From Candidatus Eremiobacteria bacterium (lineage in GTDB: Bacteria > Vulcanimicrobiota > Vulcanimicrobiia > Vulcanimicrobiales > Vulcanimicrobiaceae): a stretch of 64,000 nucleotides of DNA. Location: contig CAVTRC010000001.1 of NCBI GenBank assembly GCA_963737065.1, positions 2,433,064-2,497,063 of the forward strand, in the 5' to 3' direction. Within the stretch, counting starts at the first letter, position 1. The number at the start of each line of letters is the position of its first letter. Made by a program: the position numbers and the translations under genes. This document shows positions 48,270-60,291 of this stretch, piece by piece. The notes under the pieces were generated by a model. It had not been told where the DNA came from, did not search any database, and saw nothing but the letters and a program-made list of their open reading frames with translations.

Positions 48270-50654
48270 CTAGAACGGTTGGGTGAAGCGTAACAGGAAC
48301 GTGCGACCGGTCGAAATTTGCGTCGTATTGAAGCCGTTCGCGATCTTGATGACGTACTGCGTGTTGAAGAGATTTTCGATATCCAAGTTTACTCCGATGG
48401 AGCGTTTCGTCGCGTCTTTTCCGAGCGCGAGATTAAGCGTCGTGTGCGACGGCAAACGGCCGTTGCCGTTTTCGAACTCAACCGGATACCCGGTTCCGTA
48501 ATCGGCTTCGAGCGTCGCAAACCACGTGCGGTCGCGTCCGATGCGATGGGTGTACGAGGCCGTTCCGGCGACCGTTTGATCGTGATCTTCCGGCTGCAGC
48601 AGCGCGGGCGACGTGATCGGTAAACCGCTCGTCGTAAGATCGCCGGTGCCGAAAAGGAACGTCGATCCGGACACGCCGCCCGCATACGAACCGGAAACCG
48701 TCGTCGTGAGGAACCACGAGTCGCCGTTGCTCGTCTGATTCTGAAGGCGCAACTCGACGCCCGTATCGTAACCGATCGCGTTGTTGAAGACCGCAAAGAG
48801 CGGTGTATTCAACAGTTGCGTGGTGTCGAGAACGTTCGTCGCCGACCGGCGGAAGGCGTTGATGTACCCGCGAAAGTTGCCGCCGAACGTGTGCGCGAGT
48901 CCGAGTTCGAAATACGCGTCTCGCTCCGGCTGCAACGTATAGGCGGGCTCGGTCGTGCAGCCGTTGAGAAGCACGCAATCTTCGCGAACGTCTTCCAATT
49001 GCGGAGCCGCGTACATGCGTCCATAGTATGCATGAGCGACGTTTCTGCCGCTGTCATCGGAGAGGTTGACGCCGATGCGTGGTTCCAGCATCCAGCCGCC
49101 GACGTACCCCGTCGAATGATCGAACCGGAGGCCGTAATTGAACGCGAGATTTTGATACGGCTGCCATTTGTCTTCCGCGTAGGCACCGAAGAGGGTACCG
49201 GCCTGGTTCTGCGCGGTGGAGACGGCGTAGAAGCCGGGAGCGGGCGGCGCCGGAGGCGGCGTTGACGGCGCCGGGTTGCAATCCGAGGTGTAGCAAGCAA
49301 ACGTCTGCGTCGCCGCAAAGTTCTCGCGGCTCACATCGACACCGGCCTTCCATGCATGGTGTTCGCTTGCGTGGAATTCGGAGATCCGCGCGCCGATGTA
49401 GTTCGCGCGGCGGTCTTGCTGCAATCCGATCTGATTGGCGAACTGCGGCGCGTCCGGCGTGCTCGAATCGCCGAACGCCGGATTCGGCGCAAGCGCCAGT
49501 ACGTCGTTGGTCAAGTCGCCTGCGTAGGCGATGCGCGTCGAGCGGACCCAAGGAATGAATTGGAAAACGCTGTTGCCGTCTTTCGATGTCGCCGTGTAAT
49601 TGACGTTGATGAACGAGTCGTACTCACGCTGAACGTCATCGGTGCCGGGAACGCTAAAGATCGGGTCGTTCGGGTCGTTGGAATCCGTGTTGATCGGAAT
49701 CTGGAATTGGTTGAGCTGATTGGAGAGATCGACGGCGACGGTCTGACGAGGCCCCATCTGCGCGACGTAGCGTACGAACTCGTCACCGAGCGAGTTGTTG
49801 TCGTGAATCGGCGTGTACGTCGGCGCGTCGAGCCCGCGAGCACTGCGTTGCGTATTGAGGCTCACGTAGAGCTCGCTCGCGCTGAAGCGTTCGAGTTCGT
49901 CGAGCGAGACCATCGACGTCGCGTAATTTCCCGCGCCCGCAGTCACTGACCCGTAACTGCCCGGCGGCTGATCGGACAAGCGAGTCGATACGAGATTGAC
50001 CACCGCGCCCATGCGCGTGCCGCCGTCTTCGGCGGGAAACGCACCGGTGTACACCTCCATCGAATCGAGCACCTTCGGGTCGATGATCTGCCCGAAGTTT
50101 GAACTGGTCGCGAGCGGCAGCGGTGCACCGTCGATCTCATACGTCAAGCCGTGGAAACCGTGCGCGACGGGCTCGTCGTACGAGAAGCGGACGATGCCCG
50201 GCATCGTTTCGATGAGGCGGTTGAGGTTGTCAAAGTGCGGCGAGGTGTTGATCTGCGACTTCGAGAGCGTATTCACGGAGACCGGACTACCGCCGGCACC
50301 GGCGTGTGCGGTGACCGTCGTATTCGCGATCTCCCTCAATTGATCGAGCGAGACATTGGCCGTAACGACGGCATCGCTTGTAACGGTCAGGTCGATCGTC
50401 CGGTCGGTAACGCCGGCTGCATGAACGGTCAGACGATACTGCCCGAACGGCACCTGCGAAAACCTGAAGTCGCCCGACGCGTCGGTCGCCGTCGTAAAGC
50501 GCGACCCTTCGCCGGTAAGCGTCGCGGTTGCACCAACCTGCGGTTTACCGCGCAGCGTCACCGTGCCGCGAACGAATCCGGTCGTTGCCGCCCATCCGGG
50601 CGAAGTACATATAAGGAAACACGCGGCAAGAGCGGCCGCGGACATTCGGGACAT
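48270..50654 (-). CDS. TonB-dependent receptor with N-terminal carboxypeptidase-regulatory-like domain
   Basis: Signal peptide, TTGFVRGTV N-domain, plug VYTGAFPAEDG...GAVVNLVS, ENLFN, C-terminal F. Confidence 0.85.
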   Translation of the reverse strand: MSRMSAAALAACFLICTSPGWAATTGFVRGTVTLRGKPQVGATATLTGEGSRFTTATDASGDFRFSQVPFGQYRLTVHAAGVTDRTIDLTVTSDAVVTANVSLDQLREIANTTVTAHAGAGGSPVSVNTLSKSQINTSPHFDNLNRLIETMPGIVRFSYDEPVAHGFHGLTYEIDGAPLPLATSSNFGQIIDPKVLDSMEVYTGAFPAEDGGTRMGAVVNLVSTRLSDQPPGSYGSVTAGAGNYATSMVSLDELERFSASELYVSLNTQRSARGLDAPTYTPIHDNNSLGDEFVRYVAQMGPRQTVAVDLSNQLNQFQIPINTDSNDPNDPIFSVPGTDDVQREYDSFINVNYTATSKDGNSVFQFIPWVRSTRIAYAGDLTNDVLALAPNPAFGDSSTPDAPQFANQIGLQQDRRANYIGARISEFHASEHHAWKAGVDVSRENFAATQTFACYTSDCNPAPSTPPPAPPAPGFYAVSTAQNQAGTLFGAYAEDKWQPYQNLAFNYGLRFDHSTGYVGGWMLEPRIGVNLSDDSGRNVAHAYYGRMYAAPQLEDVREDCVLLNGCTTEPAYTLQPERDAYFELGLAHTFGGNFRGYINAFRRSATNVLDTTQLLNTPLFAVFNNAIGYDTGVELRLQNQTSNGDSWFLTTTVSGSYAGGVSGSTFLFGTGDLTTSGLPITSPALLQPEDHDQTVAGTASYTHRIGRDRTWFATLEADYGTGYPVEFENGNGRLPSHTTLNLALGKDATKRSIGVNLDIENLFNTQYVIKIANGFNTTQISTGRTFLLRFTQPF

Positions 50655-50659
50655 GAAGA

Positions 50660-50714
50660 CTCCTCGGAACGTAACGTGCGTGTTGTTAAGCGGAAGTCAA
50701 CACGAGCCGAGGAG
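50660..50714 (-). promoter_or_regulatory. Anti-SD/SD hairpin coupling the RPPP leader to the TonB-dependent receptor
   Basis: mRNA CUCCUCGG (50714-50707) pairs with CCGAGGAG (50667-50660); inner stem CGUGUUG (50704-50698) / CAACACG (50685-50679). Confidence 0.7.
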
Positions 50715-51237
50715 GCGGACGCGTCACGATGCGCCGCGCGAGATGCGGCGTGACGATCGCCGGCGATGCATATCGCCGGACCACAAAGACCGTTCGAGGC
50801 GCGGTCGCGAGGCGGGAGATGGCGATCGCGCAGCACGCGAGCGCGCGTGCGGTGAGAACCGCGAGTCGCCGCAGCAAGATCGCTGCGGTCAGCATCACGA
50901 GCGAGATGATGAGGAATGAAGCCGGTCCGTGCGCGGGTTCGAGCGACTCGATGAAGGCGAACCAGACGCCGCCCGCCGCCGCTACGGCGCGAGCGCGCGG
51001 AATCCACGAACACAGCCGCGCGGCAAGGACGCTGCCTTGCGCGCAGTTTCCGCAACTGCCGAACGCCGCGACGATTGCCGCGACGAGAGCGCCGCCCGCG
51101 CCTGCGAAGGCGAAGATTGCGAGGGACTCATGATAGGCACCCGCCTCCATGTGGCCCTCGCCGAACCCGGCTGCGTGGGCAACCAGGGAGGCAAGCAGCC
51201 CTAGAATCAGGGCACCCGGCAACTGCCGGAGAGACAT
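50686..51237 (-). CDS. Multi-pass membrane protein with His motif, CxxC and C-terminal RPPP (putative ribosome-arrest leader)
   Basis: HAAGFGEGH...YHE, CGNC, about 4 hydrophobic segments, TRPPPRLVLTSA. Confidence 0.75.
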   Translation of the reverse strand: MSLRQLPGALILGLLASLVAHAAGFGEGHMEAGAYHESLAIFAFAGAGGALVAAIVAAFGSCGNCAQGSVLAARLCSWIPRARAVAAAGGVWFAFIESLEPAHGPASFLIISLVMLTAAILLRRLAVLTARALACCAIAISRLATAPRTVFVVRRYASPAIVTPHLARRIVTRPPPRLVLTSA

Positions 51238-51354
51238 CAGGGTTAGCTTTCTTGCGGGTCGCAGGTTTGGCCTTGAGCCCGCGTCGTATCCTTGGACCCC
51301 CAAGCCCTAGCCGAAGCCGCCGGACGTGGGAACGGAACCAGTGTAAGAGAGATC

Positions 51355-51906
51355 ATGAACAGCCGTCTACCCGTCGAAAACGCCGATACCGTGAGTCTGG
51401 TTTGCGCACTTCTCGTGCGTTTTCCGGAGTTGGCTTCGATTCGCTCGATGCCCGCGGATCGCACTGTGCGTCTGACCTTCGCGCTGAAGTCGCGACTGGA
51501 CAAACGCGCGCAATCGGCGCTGCGTGATGCGCTCGAAGATCATATCGCGGCGTACCTCACGATCGCCAAGGATGAAGCTGATACGGTGCGGATCGACTGC
51601 GAGAGCGACCGTTCCACGACGTTCGTCCACGTCACGCGCGACACGGCGAGCTTTTCTAAGGAAGAGCTCGAGATGCTCGTCGCGTTCTTCGGTTCCGAAT
51701 TCGCTGAGGCGCTCGTGCGCAATCCGCTTCCCGCCGACCATCTCGATGCCGACCCCGTCGCTCAAGACGAAGCGGCCCTCTACGCAATCGAAGCGCTGCG
51801 GGATCCGACGCAATCGAAGAGTTTGGTTGGCTTCCGCGAAGAAGCGCGAGTGCTCGTGTACTTTTTGAAGTCTCAACGGAAAGCGAAGGCTTCGTCGCGC
51901 CGATAA
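51355..51906 (+). CDS. Hypothetical protein
   Basis: Coherent ORF heading the ymdB-spoVS operon (VSLVCALLVRFPEL...LVGFREEARVLVY). Confidence 0.75.
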   Translation: MNSRLPVENADTVSLVCALLVRFPELASIRSMPADRTVRLTFALKSRLDKRAQSALRDALEDHIAAYLTIAKDEADTVRIDCESDRSTTFVHVTRDTASFSKEELEMLVAFFGSEFAEALVRNPLPADHLDADPVAQDEAALYAIEALRDPTQSKSLVGFREEARVLVYFLKSQRKAKASSRR

Positions 51907-52688
51907 ATCTGCTCCTCATCGGCGACGTCGTCGGCTCACCGGGGCGCGACACGCTCAAACGGTGCGTTCCCCTCATTCGTGAACAATACAGCGTCCAGGC
52001 GGTGATCGCGAACGGCGAAAACGCGGCGGCCGGTTTCGGGCTCACCGCGCAGACCGCCGAGGAAATGTTCGCCACCGGGATCGATTTCATCACGTCCGGC
52101 AATCATATTTTCGACAAGCGCGACTTCAAGGCGTATCTGGATACAAGCGACCGGGTCATACGGCCGGCGAACTATCCTCCAGCCGTACCCGGGCGCGGTC
52201 ACGGCACGTTCCGCGTGGACGGTGTGACGGTGGGTGTCGTGAACGTGATGGGACGAACGTTCATGCCGCCGGTCGACGATCCGTTTCGGGTGGTCGATGC
52301 GATTGTCGACGATCTACGCGCGCTCACGCCGATCGTGATCGTGGACGTGCACGCGGAAGCCACGTCCGAAAAAGTGGCACTCTCGCGATTCTTGGACGGG
52401 CGCACATCGGCGATTTATGGAACGCACACTCACGTTCAAACCGCCGATGAGCAGATTCTTCCGGGGGGAACTGCGTACATCACTGATGTAGGCATGACGG
52501 GACCGACAGAAGGCGTTATCGGCATGGAAGCGGACGCGGTCCTGGACCGCTTCTTGACGGGAGTGTCCGAACGGTTCAATGTTCAAAAGAGCGGAACGAG
52601 ACAATTCTGTGGTGCGGTCGTATCCATCGATCCGGCGACCGGCAAAGCGACCGATATTAAACGCATTTTCCTGCGAGGCATTGCCTGA
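51903..52688 (+). CDS. ymdB: YmdB/TIGR00282 metallophosphoesterase (probable ATA start)
   Basis: NLLLIGDVVGSPGR, NGENAAAGFG, TSGNH, HAEATSEK, GTHTHVQTAD, TDVGMTG. Confidence 0.88.
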   Translation: MNLLLIGDVVGSPGRDTLKRCVPLIREQYSVQAVIANGENAAAGFGLTAQTAEEMFATGIDFITSGNHIFDKRDFKAYLDTSDRVIRPANYPPAVPGRGHGTFRVDGVTVGVVNVMGRTFMPPVDDPFRVVDAIVDDLRALTPIVIVDVHAEATSEKVALSRFLDGRTSAIYGTHTHVQTADEQILPGGTAYITDVGMTGPTEGVIGMEADAVLDRFLTGVSERFNVQKSGTRQFCGAVVSIDPATGKATDIKRIFLRGIA

Positions 52689-52984
52689 TGACCAGCGCAG
52701 AAACACATGTTACGCCGGGCACGCTCAAAGTGTCGGCAAAAAGCAATCCGAACGCCGTCGCGGGTGCACTCGCAGCCGTCATGCGCGAGCGTGACGTCGC
52801 GGAAATTCAAGCCGTCGGCGCGGGCGCGATCAATCAAGCCGTCAAAGCCGTTGCGATCGCGCGCAGCTATCTGAAGGACAGCGCCATCGACGTCGTCTGC
52901 ATCCCGTCGTTTATCACCGTGGAAATTCACGATCACGAACGCACCGGGATCTCCCTTGCGGTAGAACGTCGCCGCGTCAGTTGA
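52688..52984 (+). CDS. spoVS: Stage V sporulation protein S family
   Basis: LKVSAKSNPNAVAGALA, QAVGAGAINQAVKAVAIAR. Confidence 0.92.
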   Translation: MTSAETHVTPGTLKVSAKSNPNAVAGALAAVMRERDVAEIQAVGAGAINQAVKAVAIARSYLKDSAIDVVCIPSFITVEIHDHERTGISLAVERRRVS

Positions 52985-53793
52985 TCGTCGATTTCCACAG
53001 TCATACGTACGAGAGCGACGGAACGCTCTCGCCGCAGGCCTTGGCCGATTTCATGGACGAGCGGGGTGTGGAAGTTTTCTCCATCAGCGATCACGACACG
53101 CTCGCCGCGTATGGGGAATTTGAAGCACGCAACGGCGCGCGCGTCGTGACGGGCATCGAAATCAATACGACGTATCGCGAGAACGAAGTGCACATCTTGG
53201 GGTATGCGCTGCGGCTCGATTCGCCGGACCTCAATTCGCTCGTCGAAGCGAACGTCGTCGCGCGGCGCGCGCGCGTCGAGCGAATGGTGACGCAATTGCG
53301 GCGCGCGGGATACGGCATTACGGTCGACGACGTGTTGCACGAATCGCAGAACGCAAAAGCGCTCGGGCGTCCGCACGTCGCAAAGGCGTTGATTCGTAAG
53401 GGAATGGCGCCCGATATCGAGTGGGCGTTTCGCAATTTGCTACGCGGCGGAAAAGCGGGATACGTTCCGTCGACGCACGTGACGCCGCAGCGCGCGATGG
53501 AAGCGATTCATGCGGACGGCGGCATTGCGGTGCTGGCGCATCCCGGTCGATTGAAAGACCGTTCGCTGATCGACGAGCTTGCAATGCAAGGTTTAGATGG
53601 ACTGGAAGTATTTTATCCCTTGCACGATGCGGACGACGTCTGCGTGTTTCGTGAGAGAGCGTCACGATACAAGCTGCTCATGAGCGGCGGCTCAGATTTC
53701 CACGATATCCGTTATCATGCGCGCGGCGTCGGCATTGCGGTGGACGGGGACGATATCAAACCGTTTCTCGATCGTGTGCTTTACGCCATATGA
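52981..53793 (+). CDS. PHP-domain phosphoesterase
   Basis: DFHSHT..SDG, SDHDT, HILGY, GRPHVA, AHPG, GGSDFH. Confidence 0.9.
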   Translation: MIVDFHSHTYESDGTLSPQALADFMDERGVEVFSISDHDTLAAYGEFEARNGARVVTGIEINTTYRENEVHILGYALRLDSPDLNSLVEANVVARRARVERMVTQLRRAGYGITVDDVLHESQNAKALGRPHVAKALIRKGMAPDIEWAFRNLLRGGKAGYVPSTHVTPQRAMEAIHADGGIAVLAHPGRLKDRSLIDELAMQGLDGLEVFYPLHDADDVCVFRERASRYKLLMSGGSDFHDIRYHARGVGIAVDGDDIKPFLDRVLYAI

Positions 53794-55743
53794 CGGGCGG
53801 CTGCGGAAAAGGCGCCTGATATGCGGGGAAGTGGACCGCTTGGTTGGTGGGCTTTCGCGCGTCGCCTTGAAAGGCTAGAATAGGGAACCGCCTCAATGGG
53901 CCAAGGGGGTATCGAGCTTGTTTGCTCGCTATATCAACTTTGTCGATACCGCAGCGAACGCCGCGTTTTTGTGGTCGCGACAGCGCGGAATTGTTCGCGC
54001 GAACGCGTCCGCGCGCACGTGGACCGACATCCTTCAAGCCGACTCGGTCGCTGCGGCAGCGAGTGAATGCGCGGACTCGCGCAAAGCGCGGCTTTATCTC
54101 GCGCCCGGCGTCTCGTTTCTTCTCGTCCCGCTGATCGACACGCGCGAGCGGGCGGACTACGTCATCGGCGTGTCCAGGGCGCAGCTGGCCGACGTGCCGC
54201 TGTTGCTCCACGACCTGCATGAAAATCTCCGCGACTTTTCGCAAACGATTCATCTGTTGCCGCAAGCCGTCTTAACGGCACGGCCAAACGGCGCGTTCGA
54301 CTTCGCGAGCCGGCGCTGGTACGAGATGACGGGTGTTGCTCCGGAAGAACTCGACGTCGGCAAATCGTTACGTGTTGCGGCGGGCCCGCATGCGCCGAAC
54401 TTCGAGCGCAACTGGGCGAGCGGCATCGCCGGCGGCGAGTTGTTCTCATTTGAAATCCTGCTGCGCACTACGCGGGGCACGCGTTGGTTCGATGTTCGCG
54501 CTGCACCCTCGTATGAAGGGTCGCACCTACGTAAATGGGTCGTCACGCTCGACGACGTTCATGAACGGATCGAGGCGCGCAATGAGGTTACGCGCACGCG
54601 CGCACGGTTTGCCGCGCTCGCGGAGATCGGCGCAATCGCGCTCGACTATAAGATCACCGACGACCGTTTGGTGGAACGCGCGCTTGGGTGCGCCGCATCG
54701 GCCCTCGATGGGATATGGTACGTAACCTTCACGATCGACGGACGGCGCCATGCGTACGTGTGGCCACCCTCGGCCACCATTCCAGCCGAGGCATTCGACG
54801 TTCCGGAGGAGTTGTCGGGCGTGGTTGCCGCGACGGCACCGTGGTTTGGTGAAGACCGTCGTCCGGTGTTGCGCGCTCCGCTCGATTTCGGCGAGCCGGG
54901 CGTTCATCAAATCGCCGTCGCCGGCGCTGCGGGAGCCCGAGCGTTCGACGAACTCGACGTCGCCTTCATTCGCGACGTATCCTGGCGCATCGCGAGCGCC
55001 TTGCGAAACTCGACCGCGTATCGTCGCGAGTCGCGCATTGCGCGTGTGCTGCAAACCGCGATGCTTCCCGTCGCTCTGCCGCACGCGCCCGGTATCTCGT
55101 TCGACGTCTCGTATACGGCGGCGGAGACCGAGGCGCTCATCGGGGGCGATTGGTATGACGCCTTCCAATTGCACGACGGCCGGCTGGCGTTTTCAATTGG
55201 TGACGTTGCGGGGCACGGTCTCGATGCCGCCGTCGTAATGGGCCACGTTCGCGAAAACGTGCGCACGCGTTCGCTGCGCGGCGCAACGCCGAGCGAAGTG
55301 CTCGATGAAACCAACGGTGTCGTTCTCGCGGGCGGCTATGGACTCATCACGGCGATCGTCGGATTCCTCGACCCTTCGACGCTGCTCGTCGAATACGCGT
55401 GCGCCGGACACGCGCCGCCGCTGCGTGTTGACGCGAGCGGTACCGTCGACCAGCTCGAACTCGGCGATGTGATTCTCGGTGCGGTACCCCGCGCGAAGTT
55501 TCGGACGCAGTCCTTGCGCTTGCGCGGTGACTGCGCGCTCGTGCTCTATACCGACGGGTTGGTAGAATTTGCGCGCGACGCGCGAGCGGCTGAGGCGCGC
55601 TTGCGCGGCGTGCTCTCGGCATGGGCGCGCGAGGGGTTCAGGGCCAAGGCCGGTGAACTCGTCGAGAGAGTGCTGCAGTCTTCGGTGGCAAACGACGACG
55701 CCGCGATGCTGATCGCACGCGTGCAACGAACGACGGCGCGCGG

Positions 55744-57765
<2,022 letters not shown>

Positions 57766-57769
57766 TACA

Positions 57770-58996
57770 GTGGCACAATACCGCAGACTCTTCACGTCGG
57801 AATCGGTAACCGAAGGTCACCCGGACAAGGTCGCCGATCAAATCTCCGATGCCGTGCTCGACGCGCTGCTCAAAGACGACCCGATGTCGCGCGTCGCCGT
57901 CGAAACGTTCGCGATCACGGGGCAGATCCACATCGCGGGCGAGGTGACGACGAAGACGTACATCGATATTCCGCGCATCGTTCGCGAAATGATCGCCGAC
58001 ATCGGCTACACGAAGTCTGCCGTCGGCTTCGATGCCGAGACCTGCGGCGTCAGCGTCTCGATCGACGAACAGTCGCCCGATATCGCGATGGGTGTCGATA
58101 AATCGCTCGAAGCCAAGGGCGGCAAAGACGACGAGTTCGAACGAACCGGCGCCGGCGACCAAGGCATGATGTTCGGCTACGCCTGCCGCGAAACGCCTGA
58201 ATTGATGCCGCTGCCGATCACGCTCGCCCACAATCTCACGCGTCATCTCGCCGCGATGCGCAAGAACGGCGACATTCCGTATCTTCGCCCGGACGGCAAA
58301 TCGCAAGTCACGGTCGAGTACGACGGCGACAAGCCGGTTCGCGTCGAGGCGGTCGTGATCTCGACGCAACACGAGCCGGACATCGCGCTCGAAGTCATTC
58401 GTCAGGAAGTCGGCGACAAGGTCATCGGGCACGTCATTCCGTCGGCGATGTTCGATGAAAAGACGCGCGTTTACGTCAACCCGACCGGACGGTTCGTCAT
58501 CGGCGGCCCGAAGGGTGACGCAGGATTGACCGGACGCAAGATCATCGCCGACACGTACGGCGGTATGGCGCGTCACGGCGGCGGCGCCTTTTCCGGCAAG
58601 GATCCGACGAAGGTCGACCGTTCGGCAGCATATGCCGCGCGCTGGGTTGCCAAGAACGTCGTTGCGGCGGGGCTCGCGGAACGCTGTGAAGTGCAAGTTG
58701 CGTATGCGATCGGCGTCGCGGAACCGATGAGCGTGCTGGTCGAAACGTTCGGCACCGCGAAGATTGGCGAAGACTTGATTGCAGAAGCAGTACTCGAAGT
58801 CTTCGATCTGCGGCCCGCGGCGATCATTCACTATCTCAACCTGCGCCGTCCGATTTACAAACAAACTGCGGCGTACGGGCACTTCGGCCGTCCCGACCTC
58901 GATCTGCCGTGGGAACGTCTCGACAAAGTCGACGCATTGCGCGCGGCGACGGGATTCACAGGCGAAGCGTTGCGCGTACCGAACTTCGCGAAGTAA
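57770..58996 (+). CDS. metK: S-adenosylmethionine synthetase
   Basis: [35 protein letters not shown]. Confidence 0.97.
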   Translation: MAQYRRLFTSESVTEGHPDKVADQISDAVLDALLKDDPMSRVAVETFAITGQIHIAGEVTTKTYIDIPRIVREMIADIGYTKSAVGFDAETCGVSVSIDEQSPDIAMGVDKSLEAKGGKDDEFERTGAGDQGMMFGYACRETPELMPLPITLAHNLTRHLAAMRKNGDIPYLRPDGKSQVTVEYDGDKPVRVEAVVISTQHEPDIALEVIRQEVGDKVIGHVIPSAMFDEKTRVYVNPTGRFVIGGPKGDAGLTGRKIIADTYGGMARHGGGAFSGKDPTKVDRSAAYAARWVAKNVVAAGLAERCEVQVAYAIGVAEPMSVLVETFGTAKIGEDLIAEAVLEVFDLRPAAIIHYLNLRRPIYKQTAAYGHFGRPDLDLPWERLDKVDALRAATGFTGEALRVPNFAK

Positions 58997-59551
58997 ATGA
59001 TCCTCACGAGCGCCGCTGTCGTCGTCGCGATTTCCACGACGCAACATGCTAACGTGCTGCGCGCGGGAACGGTTTTTAATGTCGTCGTGCAGACACGGAT
59101 CGATTCGACGACCGCGCAAATCGGCGACAAGATCGTGCTGATCGCGAACGATCCGTCGTATCCGACGTTGCGGGATGCAAAGATTACCGCGCACATCACA
59201 AGCGTGCACAATGCAACGAGCCAACGTCCCGCATCGATCGGGTTCCTCTTCGACAACATCACGTTCGGAAACGGTTTGAAAGAGCAGTTTCGCGGCTACG
59301 TCGACAACCCGCGCGTTACGCGCCGGACGCTGAGCACTCCGCAGCCGGCGTCGGCGATGGCAGTACAACCGAACCCGGCGTTCGCACCGAACCCGAACAC
59401 GATCGTGTGGAAGATGGATTTGGGAAAACCGAAGACGCCGACGCAACCGACGGGCGGTCACGGCTATTCGCGCGGTGCCGGAATTCCGATCCACGTCGCG
59501 GTCGGAACCGAGGCGAAACTCGAACTCGCGAGTAACTTAAAGACGCCGTAA
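58997..59551 (+). CDS. Hypothetical exported beta-rich protein
   Basis: GTVFNVVVQTRIDSTTAQIGD resembles the neighbouring 59686-60288 protein. Confidence 0.65.
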   Translation: MILTSAAVVVAISTTQHANVLRAGTVFNVVVQTRIDSTTAQIGDKIVLIANDPSYPTLRDAKITAHITSVHNATSQRPASIGFLFDNITFGNGLKEQFRGYVDNPRVTRRTLSTPQPASAMAVQPNPAFAPNPNTIVWKMDLGKPKTPTQPTGGHGYSRGAGIPIHVAVGTEAKLELASNLKTP

Positions 59552-59566
59552 CCACGCAGTAAGCAC

Positions 59567-59604
59567 AAAAAAAGAGAACCCCGCGGAACATCCGGCGGGG
59601 TTTG
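59567..59604. terminator. Terminator-like hairpin
   Basis: AACCCCGCGGA / TCCGGCGGGGTT stem (one bulge) with upstream A-run. Confidence 0.55.
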
Positions 59605-59685
59605 CTCGTTGTTCTGGTTGAACTAGAGGCGCAGACGGATTTGCGCGCTGCGCGAATCCATAGCCGCGCAAGAGAGAGGACCCGA

Positions 59686-60288
59686 ATGAGAATTCGAAAC
59701 GGCTTGTTGGCGCTCGCGATGCTCGCATCGTTCGTCGGTTCGACGATGATCGCGTCGGCGCAAGAGACGCTGACACTCTATCAAGGAGCACAGATCAACG
59801 GACGTCTGCGCACCACGCTCGACACGGGAACGGCGCACGTCGGCGACCGCTTCGTGATGGACGTCGTCCCGCCGTACCCAAGCGGAAACCCCGCGTTCCA
59901 GGGTGCGATCATTTCCGGTGAAGTCACCAGCGTCACGCGAGCCGGACAGGGAACGAAACCCGCGCTCGGTCTGCAGTTCGACTACTTGCGTCTTGCCGAC
60001 GGAAGCACCGTCGACATATCGGCGAGCATGACGCAGGATCAACGTAAACAGGAGACAGCGAACGGCGCGCACGCGGCGCTGACAACGATCGGCGGTATGC
60101 TGCTCGGCAACGCAATCGGAAAGACAATCTTCCACACAGGCGGCGGCGGCATCGTAGGTGCCGCGGGCGGTCTGCTCTACGGCATCAACAAGAAGACGAA
60201 TTTCCAGGTACAGCAAGGCTCGAACGTGCAAGTCACGCTGAACCAAACCGTAACGATTCGTCGCCAGAGCGGCGGCAGCGGCCAGTAG
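59686..60288 (+). CDS. Hypothetical secreted protein with glycine-zipper segment
   Basis: Signal peptide (ASA), GGMLLGNAIG...GAAGG; GAGGA SD. Confidence 0.8.
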   Translation: MRIRNGLLALAMLASFVGSTMIASAQETLTLYQGAQINGRLRTTLDTGTAHVGDRFVMDVVPPYPSGNPAFQGAIISGEVTSVTRAGQGTKPALGLQFDYLRLADGSTVDISASMTQDQRKQETANGAHAALTTIGGMLLGNAIGKTIFHTGGGGIVGAAGGLLYGINKKTNFQVQQGSNVQVTLNQTVTIRRQSGGSGQ

Positions 60289-60291
60289 TCG

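Noticed and set aside
53794..53917. Possible c-di-GMP or other riboswitch before the PP2C gene
   Set aside because: No recognisable aptamer consensus; only a TAGAAT -10-like element
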